This document shows, in pieces, positions 26,336 to 37,426 of a DNA stretch of 64,000 nt; position 1 is the stretch's first letter; every line of letters begins with the position of its first letter. The stretch is from a virus. The notes below the pieces were generated by a model that saw only the letters and a program-made list of their open reading frames with translations, did no database searches and was not told where the DNA came from. The stretch lies in IMG/VR virus record IMGVR_UViG_3300045988_164075. One strand, 5' to 3'. A program made the translations under genes and the position numbers.

Positions 26336-29300
26336 GAGATGTTGCTTTTATAAATAATCTAACTATATTATTATTAAGTGATTTAACTGCTTCATTAGCA
26401 GCCTTATTCTGTTGTATTCATATTTCTTCGTGTGCAGGTCTGTGATAACGATTATATGAACTTACTTTTCCTCCTTTTCTTTGAGATAAAACGTTAGTAT
26501 ATGTTTCCGCATTAAATTGTGGACGCTTAAACAATGAATTATAGTAAGGAATTAATGATTTAACCTTTAAATTATAAAGTTGATTTTGGATACTATTATA
26601 TTCTTCAGGTTTATATTCACTTAATCAGCTTTCAAAGGAATAATTATCTCGTATGTCTTTGTTAGCATCATCTTTGTATCAGGTATCAAACTGGTCTCTA
26701 TAAGGCTTCATCAAATCTCTCATTTGTCCGCTTAACTCATGTTCTAATTTTCCTTGTAATAAAGTTGAATTAATAGCATTACGTTTTTCTTCATTTAATG
26801 CATTTTTAGCTCTTTTTTCCATTAATCAATTATTAAAGGATGTAAAATCATTAGCTAATTTGGAAGCTTTATTTTGTGCTAACAGCATATTAACATTAGC
26901 AATTATTTGTCTATTTTGATTAGCAACATCTGCTCTTACTTGAGCATAACGTCTTTTTAAATCATTATTTCTGTTTAAATAATCGCTAAATAATTCAGAA
27001 GTTTTTAATCTTCCTTCCAATCGAGTTTGATTTGCTTGAGATTGACCTTGTTGTTCTAAAGCATTTGCTAATACAGCATCAGAAGTGACAGGTTTATAGT
27101 TTTCTTCTCTAACTGCTTTATTTTCATAAGCAATAGGTACTCCATAAGTATTAAAACTATCGTAAATTTCTTGAGGTGCACTTAATGTAGCATTGTATCC
27201 AGATCTAATTCCCTTTTCTATTTCATCATGGAATTTACGATTATAAACTCTTGATCCTATTAATCCTGTTAAACTATATAAACTATCCTGATCAATTTTT
27301 GGAAGTTTTGCATTTATTGTTTGAATTCCTCGTCCTAATTTTGAAACAAAATCAAATAATCCTCCAGGAGCAAATTTCTGGATTTTACCTCCACTTTTAT
27401 GTGAACGTAAATATTGTATTAATTCCTTCATATCATCAGTTTCGTATTCTATACCGCGAGGTGTATTTACAAAATATCTATAAGTTAAATTGCCTTCACT
27501 GTCTAGACCATCCTGTATTTTAGTTGGAACTATTTGATTTTTTATAGCTTTTTCTGTTGCTTTTTTTGATAAACCAATAGGTGTAAAGGATTGTTCTCTT
27601 CCAGCATAAGGTGAATGAAACAATAAAAATCCATTATTTAATGTTGTATTATTTCGCACCTGTCCATATACAGGAACTTGTTCTCCAGTCCATCCACTTT
27701 CTTTAGATCCAATAACAAATCTTGTTCCGAACTTGTCGGGGTTATCTATTTGATAACGAGCAATTGCTCTATTTCGCATAGTTTGCATCATACGTGGTCA
27801 AAAGCCTTTCGCAGTATATTGTGCTTCTCTAATCTCTCTTGGAGCTGCTTTGAAACGGTTAATAAACTTTTTACCTCTTTGTTTAGCAGAATCTGTTATT
27901 TTACTTACATTTAGTTTTGCTAATTCTGATTTACTAATTAATTCTTTACTTGCTTTATCATAATCAACTTTTCCATTCTCTCCAACATATTTTTCAGCTA
28001 ATGCGGCATCATTTTTTAGTTTTTCATCAACTAAAGCTTGTTTTCTTGTTTCTATATTATTAACTGGCGTTACCTTATTTTCTTTTGGAAGTTTTTTAGT
28101 TGCTAAACGTTTATCAAATGCTAAACGTTTTAATCCTATCACAGATTGTAAACCAGTTGCAACATTTCTAAGATCATTTATAGTTCATTCTTTTCCATCT
28201 TCTGTTAAATTAGATAATGATTGTGCAGCATTTACAAGTCCTGCCGCCGCAAAAGTGCTTCCGATTAATTTAGCAGAATTTTTAAGGACTTTAATAGTTT
28301 TAGCTGTTTTGCCAGCAATTCCTACGCCTGGAATTAAAGTAATTGCATCTAATCCTAAGCTACCCAATGCTCTTCCAGCATCACCTCAATCAAGACCATC
28401 ACGCTTTACGTCGCTAACAAACTGTGAAATTGTTGAACCAAATCCTAATCCTGCAGCAACTGGATTTCCTCCTGTTGGAATTGAAGCAATCAAAGCACTT
28501 AAATCTCCAGCAATAGCTCCTAATTGTCATTTATCTGCAGGTGTTAGTTCTCCTTCTTTAAAGATATTTTTAACAGATGCTCCTTGTGTAATATCTGATA
28601 GATTATTAATAACAGTTTGCTTAGGTTCAGAGTTTACGCCTTTAGTTGTAATTTCTTTAAATACATTTCCAAATTGATATTTTGGAATTTTACCTCCAGT
28701 TTTATATTGTTGTTGAACGTAATTTGTATTAGCCTGTTGTAAGGCAGTACGTCCTTTATATTCATTAGAACTCCCTTTTGGACCTTCAAATAACATATTT
28801 ATATTAGCTCTAGTAGCTGGAACTCTTCTATCCTTTATAGCACTAAATAAATCTAAGTTTTTAACTTGTTTATAATCATTCCCAACTTGTATATAAATAG
28901 CTCCGTCATCACCCCTATAAATTCCATAATTAATCTTATCGTTTTGATCTATAAGTTCTCCGTAACGAGCTACTTTTAAATTATTAGAAACTTTTTGTCA
29001 ATCAAAACGATTAAACTTTGCAGGATTTCCTTGATTAATTGCAGAACGCAATTTATACGGAATTTGTGATGCATCAGTATATTCAAAGTAATGTGATCCA
29101 TCGGTATTTTCTCTATTAGGATCATAAGCAATATAATGAATTTTTTGAGGGATACCTGATAAATGTCTAGGATCATTAGGATTTATATATGCCTGTAAAC
29201 TTGCTCCGTTTGGTAAATCATATGCGTTACTTAATGTTGTTGCATATAAAGATTGCCCTGGATTTAGTTTAACATTTCGAGTAGCAGTTCACAGTGTAGG

Positions 29301-30458
29301 ATGATAATGTTGTTCTCTATTAAATTCACTTCATGTAACATTATTTGGTCAGTATTGTACTCCTGCTGAATTAATTGCATCAAAATCAAACTTATTTCAG
29401 GCATTTCTAAATGGCTGAAAAATAGTTCCGATGTTATCTACATTTCGTTCTACTTCTTCTGGAGAATATAAAAATCCATTGTATCCAAATCAATTTTGAT
29501 ATTTAGTTCCAGCTAATGGAGACGATTCTGTAAATACTGCCTTATCATACCCATTAAACAAGTCTTGTCAATTATCTATTCTTATTCTTCCGTTAATATT
29601 TGAAAATTTTGCATCTTTTCAAGTATCCTTCTTTAATCCTAGAGCCTGTCGAATTTTCTGAGACTCAATTTCTTCTTGTTGTGAAGAAGTAAGTATTTGT
29701 TCATTTGATTGATTCTGAAGAATACGAAGATCATTTAATACTTTTCAGTCATTTTCAGTTAATGTTCCAGATTGAATTCTATCTCTAATTGCAGCTAATT
29801 CTCCACTATATTTATTATAATAATCTCTAACCGCATTAGTATTAATTCCAGATACATTATAAGATTCGTCTCCTTTATCTCCTAATTCAAAATAATTAAT
29901 AAGATTATTAATATCACTAATTATAGCTGTATTAGATGGACGATTAGAATATATCTTTTTTCCATTTTTGTCAGTAATATAGTCTATATATCTATCTGTA
30001 AAATTAATATTTGTTTTTTCTAAAGGTTGTGCTTTAGGTGCTTCTGGAGCAATATACCGAAAGTTTCGCAATGAATCTAAAGCTCTAGCAGCGTTATCTA
30101 CTTTTGAACCAAATATAGAATCAAATCACATTCCAGCTTTAGAACGATCGCGATTCATTCGACGTTCCTGTCTGTTATTCAAACCTTGTAATTGAACATT
30201 TGGACTAACCTCATTATTTAATGAACTGAATGTAACGTCTTCACCTCGATTTAAAGCATCAATAACTCCTTTAAAATATGGCTGTTGAGAAGAATTTAAG
30301 TTAGATTTGCCAAAATTTAATAATTGATCTATAAATCCTTCGTTATTTGCATCATACGAAGTTCCATCAATTATCAAGTGACCTCTCTTAGGGGGCATTT
30401 GATTACTTGCTACTGCCATTGGCCCCCCATTATCAAATTTTCTTATTACTTGTGACAT
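26316..30458 (-). CDS. giant internal/ejection-type protein, 1380 aa
   Basis: Fragments 30126..30458, 29745..30071, 28527..28796, 28185..28367, 27798..28142 and 26826..27791 share one frame. The intervening 28797-29744 and 26319-26825 were walked and have no TAA/TAG. It ends TAA 26316-26318. There are Gly/Ala-rich hydrophobic stretches (AIAGDLSALIASIPTGGNPVAAGLGFG, LGLDAITLIPGVGIAGK). The N-terminus is MSQVIRKFDNGG. Confidence 0.8.
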
Positions 30459-30475
30459 AATTATTGTAGCTATAT

Positions 30476-30515
30476 ATTAAAAATGGAAGACTAGAACAGA
30501 TCCAATCTTCCATTT
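30476..30515 (-). terminator. intrinsic terminator after the 92-aa gene
   Basis: A perfect 10-bp stem AAATGGAAGA/TCTTCCATTT (30481-30490 / 30506-30515) with a 15-nt loop. On the minus strand it is followed by TTTTTAATATA. Confidence 0.55.
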
Positions 30516-30526
30516 TATCTGTTGTA

Positions 30527-30805
30527 TTACTTCTTACAACCACCTTTACGTTTCATTTTACCACCTTTTTTAAATACAGGTTCTCCTTGTGGTGCGCCAA
30601 CTTCTCCTGCTCCATTTTGAGCTTGTTGTACAATCATTATAAACCCTTGGCAAACTCCCATTGCAGCTTGGCAATCTTGAGTTTGTAAAGCTTGTACTGC
30701 AAGTTGATATAGTTCCATTAAAGGATCTTGTACAGTTTGTTCTGGTGCTGGTTGTACTTGTCCAGCAGGCATTTGGCCACCTGATTGAAATTTTTTTATA
30801 AGCAT
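30527..30805 (-). CDS. small Gln/Ala/Gly-rich protein with basic C-terminus (92 aa)
   Basis: Intact track ORF ending in TAA. It is visibly GC-richer than its surroundings and has no TGA. The N-terminus is MLIKKFQSGG and the C-terminus is FKKGGKMKRKGGCKK. It is flanked by its own promoter and terminator. Confidence 0.75.
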   Translation of the reverse strand: MLIKKFQSGGQMPAGQVQPAPEQTVQDPLMELYQLAVQALQTQDCQAAMGVCQGFIMIVQQAQNGAGEVGAPQGEPVFKKGGKMKRKGGCKK

Positions 30806-30887
30806 ACTTAAAATTTTTAATTTATATTGTTATTTACTAAATATCTCTAACCATTTGTCAATTGCATCTATTCTGATATTTGATTTT

Positions 30888-30918
30888 CAAAATTAGTAAT
30901 ATTTTCAGTAAATACAAA
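30888..30918 (-). promoter_or_regulatory. Bacteroidetes-type promoter (-33 TTTG / -7 TAATTTTG, 19-nt spacer)
   Basis: The minus strand reads TTTG (rc of 30915-30918), then N19, then TAATTTTG (rc of 30888-30895). It sits ~80 nt upstream of ATG 30805 in a 270-bp intergenic gap. Confidence 0.6.
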
Positions 30919-30943
30919 GTAAAAATAGTTTAATTCTCGATTT

Positions 30944-30974
30944 TTTGAAAGTTAACTATTTTTTATTATATTTG
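30944..30974 (+). promoter_or_regulatory. Bacteroidetes-type promoter on the plus strand (-33 TTTG / -7 TATATTTG, 19-nt spacer)
   Basis: TTTG at 30944-30947, a 19-nt spacer, then TATATTTG at 30967-30974. It is divergent from the minus-strand promoter 26 nt away. Confidence 0.5.
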
Positions 30975-30980
30975 CACTAT

Positions 30981-31090
30981 AACCTAAAAATAATAATCAG
31001 AATGTATTTCATTCTCTACGGAGATGCTACATTAATAATATAAAACAAATAGGTTAGTCGAAAAGCCGAGTATTTTTACTCGGCTTTTTT
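30981..31090 (+). ncRNA. putative ~110-nt plus-strand transcript (sRNA or 13-aa peptide MYFILYGDATLII)
   Basis: It is bounded by the plus-strand promoter and by the hairpin 31062-31087, which has its best U-tract on the plus strand. No long ORF is present. Confidence 0.3.
31062..31090. terminator. intrinsic terminator hairpin (usable on both strands, better T-run on plus)
   Basis: AAAGCCGAGTA-TTTT-TACTCGGCTTT followed by TTT on the plus strand. On the minus strand it overlaps the last codons and stop of the 31076..31663 gene. Confidence 0.6.
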
Positions 31091-31663
31091 CATTTCTACA
31101 TAACTAGGATCGTTATTATCTTGTATTTTTAAATATTTAAAGACTTGTTTCCCAAGACGCTTGTAGTCTGAATCTTTTTTAGATTTATATGCTCGCCGAG
31201 CGCCTTTAACTAATATTCTAGTATTTGGTCTACTAAAAATACGTTCTCCTCCGAGTAATTCAAATTGAGAAGTTCCATCAGATCCAATTACATGCATTGT
31301 AGACAGACTTTCTTCTCAGTCTTCATCATCAAAGTCAACATCATCTCCAGGTTTTATCCCTGAGTTTTGATTTACTTCTAAAACGTATTTAACATTATCT
31401 TCACTTATAAATTCTTCTGAAAACGGAATCCCCTGTTTAACAGATATTACTTCTTCGTCTTCATCGATAAAAACAATATCTAAAGGTATTTCTGTATCTT
31501 TCATCCAAAAATCTACATGCTGCGGATTATCATATACAAATAACATTCCTTCATCATCGTCCATTTCAATAACATCTTGTAAACCTTTTACTTTCTCTTC
31601 TTCGGTTTCAGCTACTAGAACTTCATATTCTTTATCTTCTATTTCGATTGTTATTTGTTTCAT
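31076..31663 (-). CDS. DUF192-like domain protein (195 aa)
   Basis: Fragments 31316..31663 and 31076..31297 are in one frame joined by a single TGA (31316). The N-terminal half (GLQDV...GMLFVYDNPQHVDFWMKDTEIPLDIVFIDEDEEV) matches the DUF192 pattern GMLF...WMKNT.IPLDI.F (recalled from memory). Confidence 0.6.
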
Positions 31664-32864
31664 TTAAAATAGATTTTGTTTTATCTTCAGTATCTTTTAT
31701 CAAAGCTATAGATAATAATTTGCCAGCTTTGATCGTTGCTTCTTCAGTTCCCTCTTTATATAATTGTTCGAGTTGTTCTGTTAGCTCTTTATTTAGTATT
31801 AATTCACCGCCTTCTATTTCTGCGTGTTGTATAATATTACCATCAGAATATGAAATGACAGGAATACCTTTTTTAGTAATACATCCTTTTAAATTTGAGT
31901 TAGTATTTTCTAAATTATTTTTTCGTGCATGTAACGAACCTTCAACAATTATGTTTAGTTTACCTCCAGTTTTATATATTGGTAAATTCGTTGTTAAATT
32001 TAATAGTATTTCTCTAGCTTTTTCTAATACTGGTATCTTCATTCCTGTTTTTCCTACTAGCATCCTATTTGGATTTAAACCTTGAAAACGTATATAGTTT
32101 TGACTAGCTAAATCACTTCCATAAGTGTTTTGTTTTCTTAATTTATTTTCAGTAGATATATCAGTAATTAATTCATTATATCTATTAGCTTGATCAATAA
32201 ACCTGTTTGCTTTCCTTTTTCCAAATAAGAAACGTTTATTTCCTAAATTTTGAGCAGCATCGATATCTCCAGTAGATCCACCATATGCTCCTCGCACATC
32301 ATCTATCTCCCCAGACTTATACGATTTATGTGTTTTACCTGCCATAAATCCACCGAGTGATCCAACAACAGGAATTGACATAATAGTATTGTTTAATCCT
32401 GCACTACTAACTCCTGCTCTAGATGCTGCAACATTATCCATTTTGTCTAATTGTAATCCTGCAATAGAACCTATCATATTTAAACCACTATCTGCGAAAT
32501 TAATAGCAGTTCCAATAGGTCCAGCTAGAGATATTAGTGATTTCATAGATGATTTCATTGCTTTTTGACTAGCATCTAGATTATCAGGAACAACACTATC
32601 TAAAACTGTAGTAGCAGCAGTTAAGCCAGTTTGTAATCCATTAGACATTTTATAATCTTTGCCAGCTTTTCTTGTAATAGATAATCCTCCGATGTTTCCT
32701 AAATTATTCCATTTAGAAGAATTTTCAGGAATAATTAAATTAGAAACTCCTGAAGTAATTGAAGGTAATGATTTTATAGAAGGAGTAACGGAATTAAATT
32801 TTAAACTTGGAAGTTGCCCTCCTATTAAAGAAGCAATTGTATTCAATTGTTGTGCGTCATCCAT
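31632..32864 (-). CDS. virion protein, 410 aa
   Basis: Intact track ORF, ATG 32864 to TAA 31632-31634, with no TGA. It contains YKTGGKLNIIVEG. It overlaps the next gene by 32 nt. Confidence 0.75.
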   Translation of the reverse strand: MDDAQQLNTIASLIGGQLPSLKFNSVTPSIKSLPSITSGVSNLIIPENSSKWNNLGNIGGLSITRKAGKDYKMSNGLQTGLTAATTVLDSVVPDNLDASQKAMKSSMKSLISLAGPIGTAINFADSGLNMIGSIAGLQLDKMDNVAASRAGVSSAGLNNTIMSIPVVGSLGGFMAGKTHKSYKSGEIDDVRGAYGGSTGDIDAAQNLGNKRFLFGKRKANRFIDQANRYNELITDISTENKLRKQNTYGSDLASQNYIRFQGLNPNRMLVGKTGMKIPVLEKAREILLNLTTNLPIYKTGGKLNIIVEGSLHARKNNLENTNSNLKGCITKKGIPVISYSDGNIIQHAEIEGGELILNKELTEQLEQLYKEGTEEATIKAGKLLSIALIKDTEDKTKSILNETNNNRNRR

Positions 32865-32865
32865 T

Positions 32866-35800
32866 TTATGAATAACTTAAAGTCATTAAAGTTTTTAATC
32901 CTGTAATAATAGCTAACTGTTTTCCTGAATATTTAACTCTTACTTTTAAAAACTTATCTCTAATTCTAGTTGATTGTATTGTATTGTTATAAATGATGTT
33001 ATTTTCATCTAACTTTCCGTTAATATATTTTGCAATACTTTCTTTATATAAAATAGGTTTAATTACAAGATGCCAAGAATCCTCTCTATATTGAATGTTA
33101 CCTTTAACTCTTCCGTATTTAATTATATTTTTAGCTTCCTGTGGAATGACTAAACTATATTGATTTAATACTGGATCTCAATCAATTTTAATATCTCATT
33201 TAGAATTTTTATGTAACTTAAAATCTTGAGAACGCTTAAATTTTGATCCTTCTTCTACATATTCTCCAACAGGACGCTGAGGATTATCGTTCCCTCAAAT
33301 ATAGCTTTTCTTTTCAGATTCATTATTTGCAAAGGTCTCAGCTTTATATATACCTGCTTTATTAAAACTATAACTATCTCCAATTATTTCAAATTCAAAG
33401 GATTCAGGCTCTGCGTTATTTGAAATAATCACAAGATTATTAAATATTTTATGTAAACCTGTTAAATTATTTACTACAAATTCAAATTCAAACGGATGCT
33501 GTTTATCATATCATTTTGTAGGTAATATCTGATTAGTGATATCCCTATCAAAATAGTTTATATCGTCAAATATACCTGCTCGACCGTGAACAAAAAATGC
33601 ATTATTTAATAATTCATTATATTTTTCTTTATCTAACGCTTTTAAATTATCGGAATCAATAGCAACTGCAATATTTTGTGTAACCGTACTACCTCAAATA
33701 TCAACTTTATTATCTTGATTTAGAGTTACTCCTGGAAACACTGTAATATTTAACAATAAATCATAATATTTAAATTCATAATCATCAAATTGTGTTCCTT
33801 GTTCTTCTTGCTTAATCTTAGTAGTAATTATTTTAGGATCTATTTCAATATAAGAAGTATTAGTCTCTGATATTAAAGGTAATACATATCCCGAATAATC
33901 TGATACATATTCTAATCCAACTATTCCACTATCTTCAACGGGCAGACTGTCATCTCATAATAATACTGGACAATTTTGAGAATCATTCGTTGAAAATGTA
34001 GAAATTGAGTTGATCCTAAATTTATACGTATTAAATAAGTTAGAATTGTATACTATTGCGGCTTTAAAATTATTAATATTATAATGCTTTGCTATCTCTT
34101 GTTCACCGCTTATAATAGGTTCTAAAGAAACATCTCATAAGTATTTTGGACTACTGAAATCATCGATTTTTAATAAATGTATTCCTATATCAGATTTACT
34201 TGCAAATACAGCACCTAAACGTTTTGCTCTTTCTCGATCTAACGAATAAAAAATATTATTAATATTTGCGGAATATAACGGGGTTCAAGTATATTCAGTT
34301 ATCCATTTATCTAGACGCTCATTATAACACAAATTCCAAGTTAAGTTACCGTTATAGAAAGTAAACATAACATCTCCTTTATACATGTTAAAGTGAGTTT
34401 TAACATTTCTAGATCCTATAACAGGGTATTTTTCTAATTCTTTTAAGTTAATATTATCATTTAAAAAACGTTGGACCTTAAAATCGGAAAGTAACTCAAG
34501 ACCTTTATTTTCACTAAAGCGCCATATTTTCTTAGCGTACGTATCTACTCCATAAATTCCTAATGGAGTTCTAACAATTGATTCTTTTCATATACTTCCA
34601 AAATCAGGAGAAATTAAAGTAATTTGATTTTGTAAGACTCCTGCTCCATACATGTGTATAGACTGTCCAGTATTTGTTGATATTAAAGCCTTTTCATTAA
34701 TTGGAATTATTCCTAATCCATGCTCAAATACACAGAAGAGATTAACACCTCAAGGTAACAATTTTACAATTGCACCATACTGTCTATCCAAATCTTTATA
34801 AGATAAACCCTGAAATATTCTATATGCATTTTGAAAACTATCTTCTACTTGTACATTACTAAACATTACTCTAGTATCAAAAAGTTCTTTAACATAAGGA
34901 ACATCTGGAACAATTTGATAACGTTTAGCACTTAAAGAAGTAGAATAACCTTCATTTAAGATAAAACTTTCAGGTACTTTACTTGTTGAAAAAACATTAT
35001 CTCCTTTTAAAGGATAAAACGATCTATTATTTCCCATTAAGGCTGCTTCTTCAGTATGTGTAGTATCCTCTGATCTTAATCCTAAATTATAATTAGATAA
35101 TACTTTAAACGTAATTCAAGAACCAATTGGAACTGTATTAACATCAGCTCTATTAATATTACTTCAGGAATCCTTATTCATACTAGTTAATCCTGAATAA
35201 TTATCTAATCATGTATTTGGATTTACAATTATTTCTGTTACAGGAGCGTCAGAATCAATAAAATTTCTTTGTAATCGTAACGTTATAGTATTAGTAAAAC
35301 AATCTCCTCTATAACCATCAATAACACTATCTGCTATAAAGGTATTTATATCGTATCTATCTGTAATTGTATAATAAGCAGATTGATCATTTGCTCTAAT
35401 TGTAAAATATTGCTTTAAAAATAATGTTGAATAATTAGAAATTCTAATATTATAAATACAGTTATCATCTAATTGTACATTTGTTGCCACAAATGGAACA
35501 TAATTACCTCTCGCTAATTTATAATTGTTTCAGTTATAACTTTTTTCAGATACAAATACAAATTGAGATACATCTTCTGCAGAACCTGCTCTAGTAGTAA
35601 ATCCCTTCTGATCTATAAATTTCAAGGGAGTATCATCAGGAACAAATAATAGTTTAGATTTAAAAATTCCACTATCTAAAGTAGCTTCTTTAAATGTTCA
35701 TTTATATCTCCTAGTAACTTGATTTACCTCTCCTGAAATAAATTTAGATAAAGTATATTCAGCTCCATTAAAAGTAGATTGTAGTGAAGGATTTACACAA

Positions 35801-37425
35801 GCATCTAAACATAATAATGCAGAAGAACCTTTATTGTTTATGTTTATAATTCTATCATTATATGATGTTGTAAGAACTGCTGAAGTTTGGCTTATGAAAC
35901 TTTCTGTTTCATAACGGCTAGTATTATCATTATATATAATCGGAACATAACTAGTAGTGTCAATTCCAATACTTAAACCTTGTGCTAATATAGTTGGGAT
36001 TCTTTTCTGTCTAACAAAGAAAAATCCTTTAACTTTATTTACTTTTAATTCAGAAACAATATCTTTACTTAATGTAAATTTAAAATATAAAGGTTTGGTT
36101 TCACCTTCAGAAAAAATACTAATATTAGGTAATTTAAAAACTCCTTTTGTATTTGATAGATTTTTTTCTTCAATAAATATATCTGCAGGTAAATAATTTA
36201 ATTTTTCACTATCTTTTATATATAGATTATTATATTTACTGTCTGAAGGTATATTCGTAGCTTCAAGTTTTGTAAATTGGCATCCTCTTAGATTATATAC
36301 AGGAGATAAAGAATCATCCTGCATAATATAAACAATGCCTAATCTGTACATCTCATCAGGTCAATATCCTAAATAGAAGTATGTATTTAAAGGATTATAG
36401 TATTCTGTTTGTTCAACACTATCGTTTTGTTGAATTTTATAATCACTGTCTAAATATCCAATCGTTTCATTTTTTTGTGTACAACGTACATCAATATAAT
36501 ACGATATTGTTTGTAAATCTCTATGATTTAATAAAATTCCTTGAGTATTTCCAAAAAATAACATATTTTGGACTTGAGCTTGAGTCTTAACTGCTGTAAC
36601 TAAATTATATTTAATATTTAATTGCTCCTCATCAATTTCTTTTACTTCCTCAAATCCATTTAAAGAAATTGTTATGGTGTTTTCAAGTATATCATAAGGT
36701 TTTATAACTTCATAACTTTTAGAATATTTAATTCCATTTAAATCACTTGAAGTTCTAGTATAATACAAATATACTCTAGAAAAAGTTGTATCAATATTAC
36801 TTAATTTTAATTCAATTGATTTATCTGTTAACTCTTCTAACAAAGCACCATATATTGTCGTAACATCACTAATTGTACCATGATATATAGATACTGTTCC
36901 AGATTCAGCTACAATATCTGTTTTATTGTAATCATTATCTGCTAATTTAATATAAAAAGTATAATTTCCTCCTTTTAATTGTCCATAATTACTAACCTCT
37001 ACTAACTGAATAACTGGTATACTATTTACATTTCTAAATAAACGTGTATCGCGATCAACGTTATTTTTATCGTATAAATTAGTTTGAGTAACTTGATTAC
37101 GACTTATTATTTTATATTTATTGTCTTCTGTAACACTGAAACGAGAATTAATAATTCTTGGAGGATTCTTATCATCATTTATTATTAAATTTACTGTTCC
37201 GTCATAGGAAGGTTGGCATTCTATATCAACAGGATTATTTAAATCTATACCTAATTCTGTACTTGGTACTTCAAAATCTTTAATCTGATCAGAATAACTT
37301 ATATCACTTTCTTGATATTTTACAGTTTCATCAGTACGATCGATAATATTATGTAATGGTTGATACTCATGTGCTAAATCTCCTTCTTGATTAAATTTAA
37401 TACACTGTATACCTATTTTTGTCAT
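32866..37425 (-). CDS. large tail protein, 1519 aa
   Basis: Fragments 36361..37425, 35698..36351, 35209..35490 and 34750..35037 share a frame. I walked 32866-34750 and all gaps as triplets and found only TGA, no TAA/TAG. TAA 32866-32868 lies 1 nt before the next ATG. Confidence 0.8.
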
Positions 37426-37426
37426 A

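Noticed and set aside
28255-28677. Plus-strand track ORFs such as 28255..28677 (140 aa), 31648..32085, 5706..6101, 61435..61773, 45633..45920 and 37725..38054.
   Set aside because: All lie antisense to long minus-strand frames that are continuous once TGA is read as sense. They have low-complexity, Leu/Ile/Ser/Phe-rich translations and no start context, so they are shadow ORFs.
28976-29176. Minus-strand track ORFs in a different frame from their surroundings (28976..29176, 49194..49409).
   Set aside because: They are off-frame overlaps inside the 1380-aa gene and the GIY-YIG gene respectively. Their translations are low-complexity.
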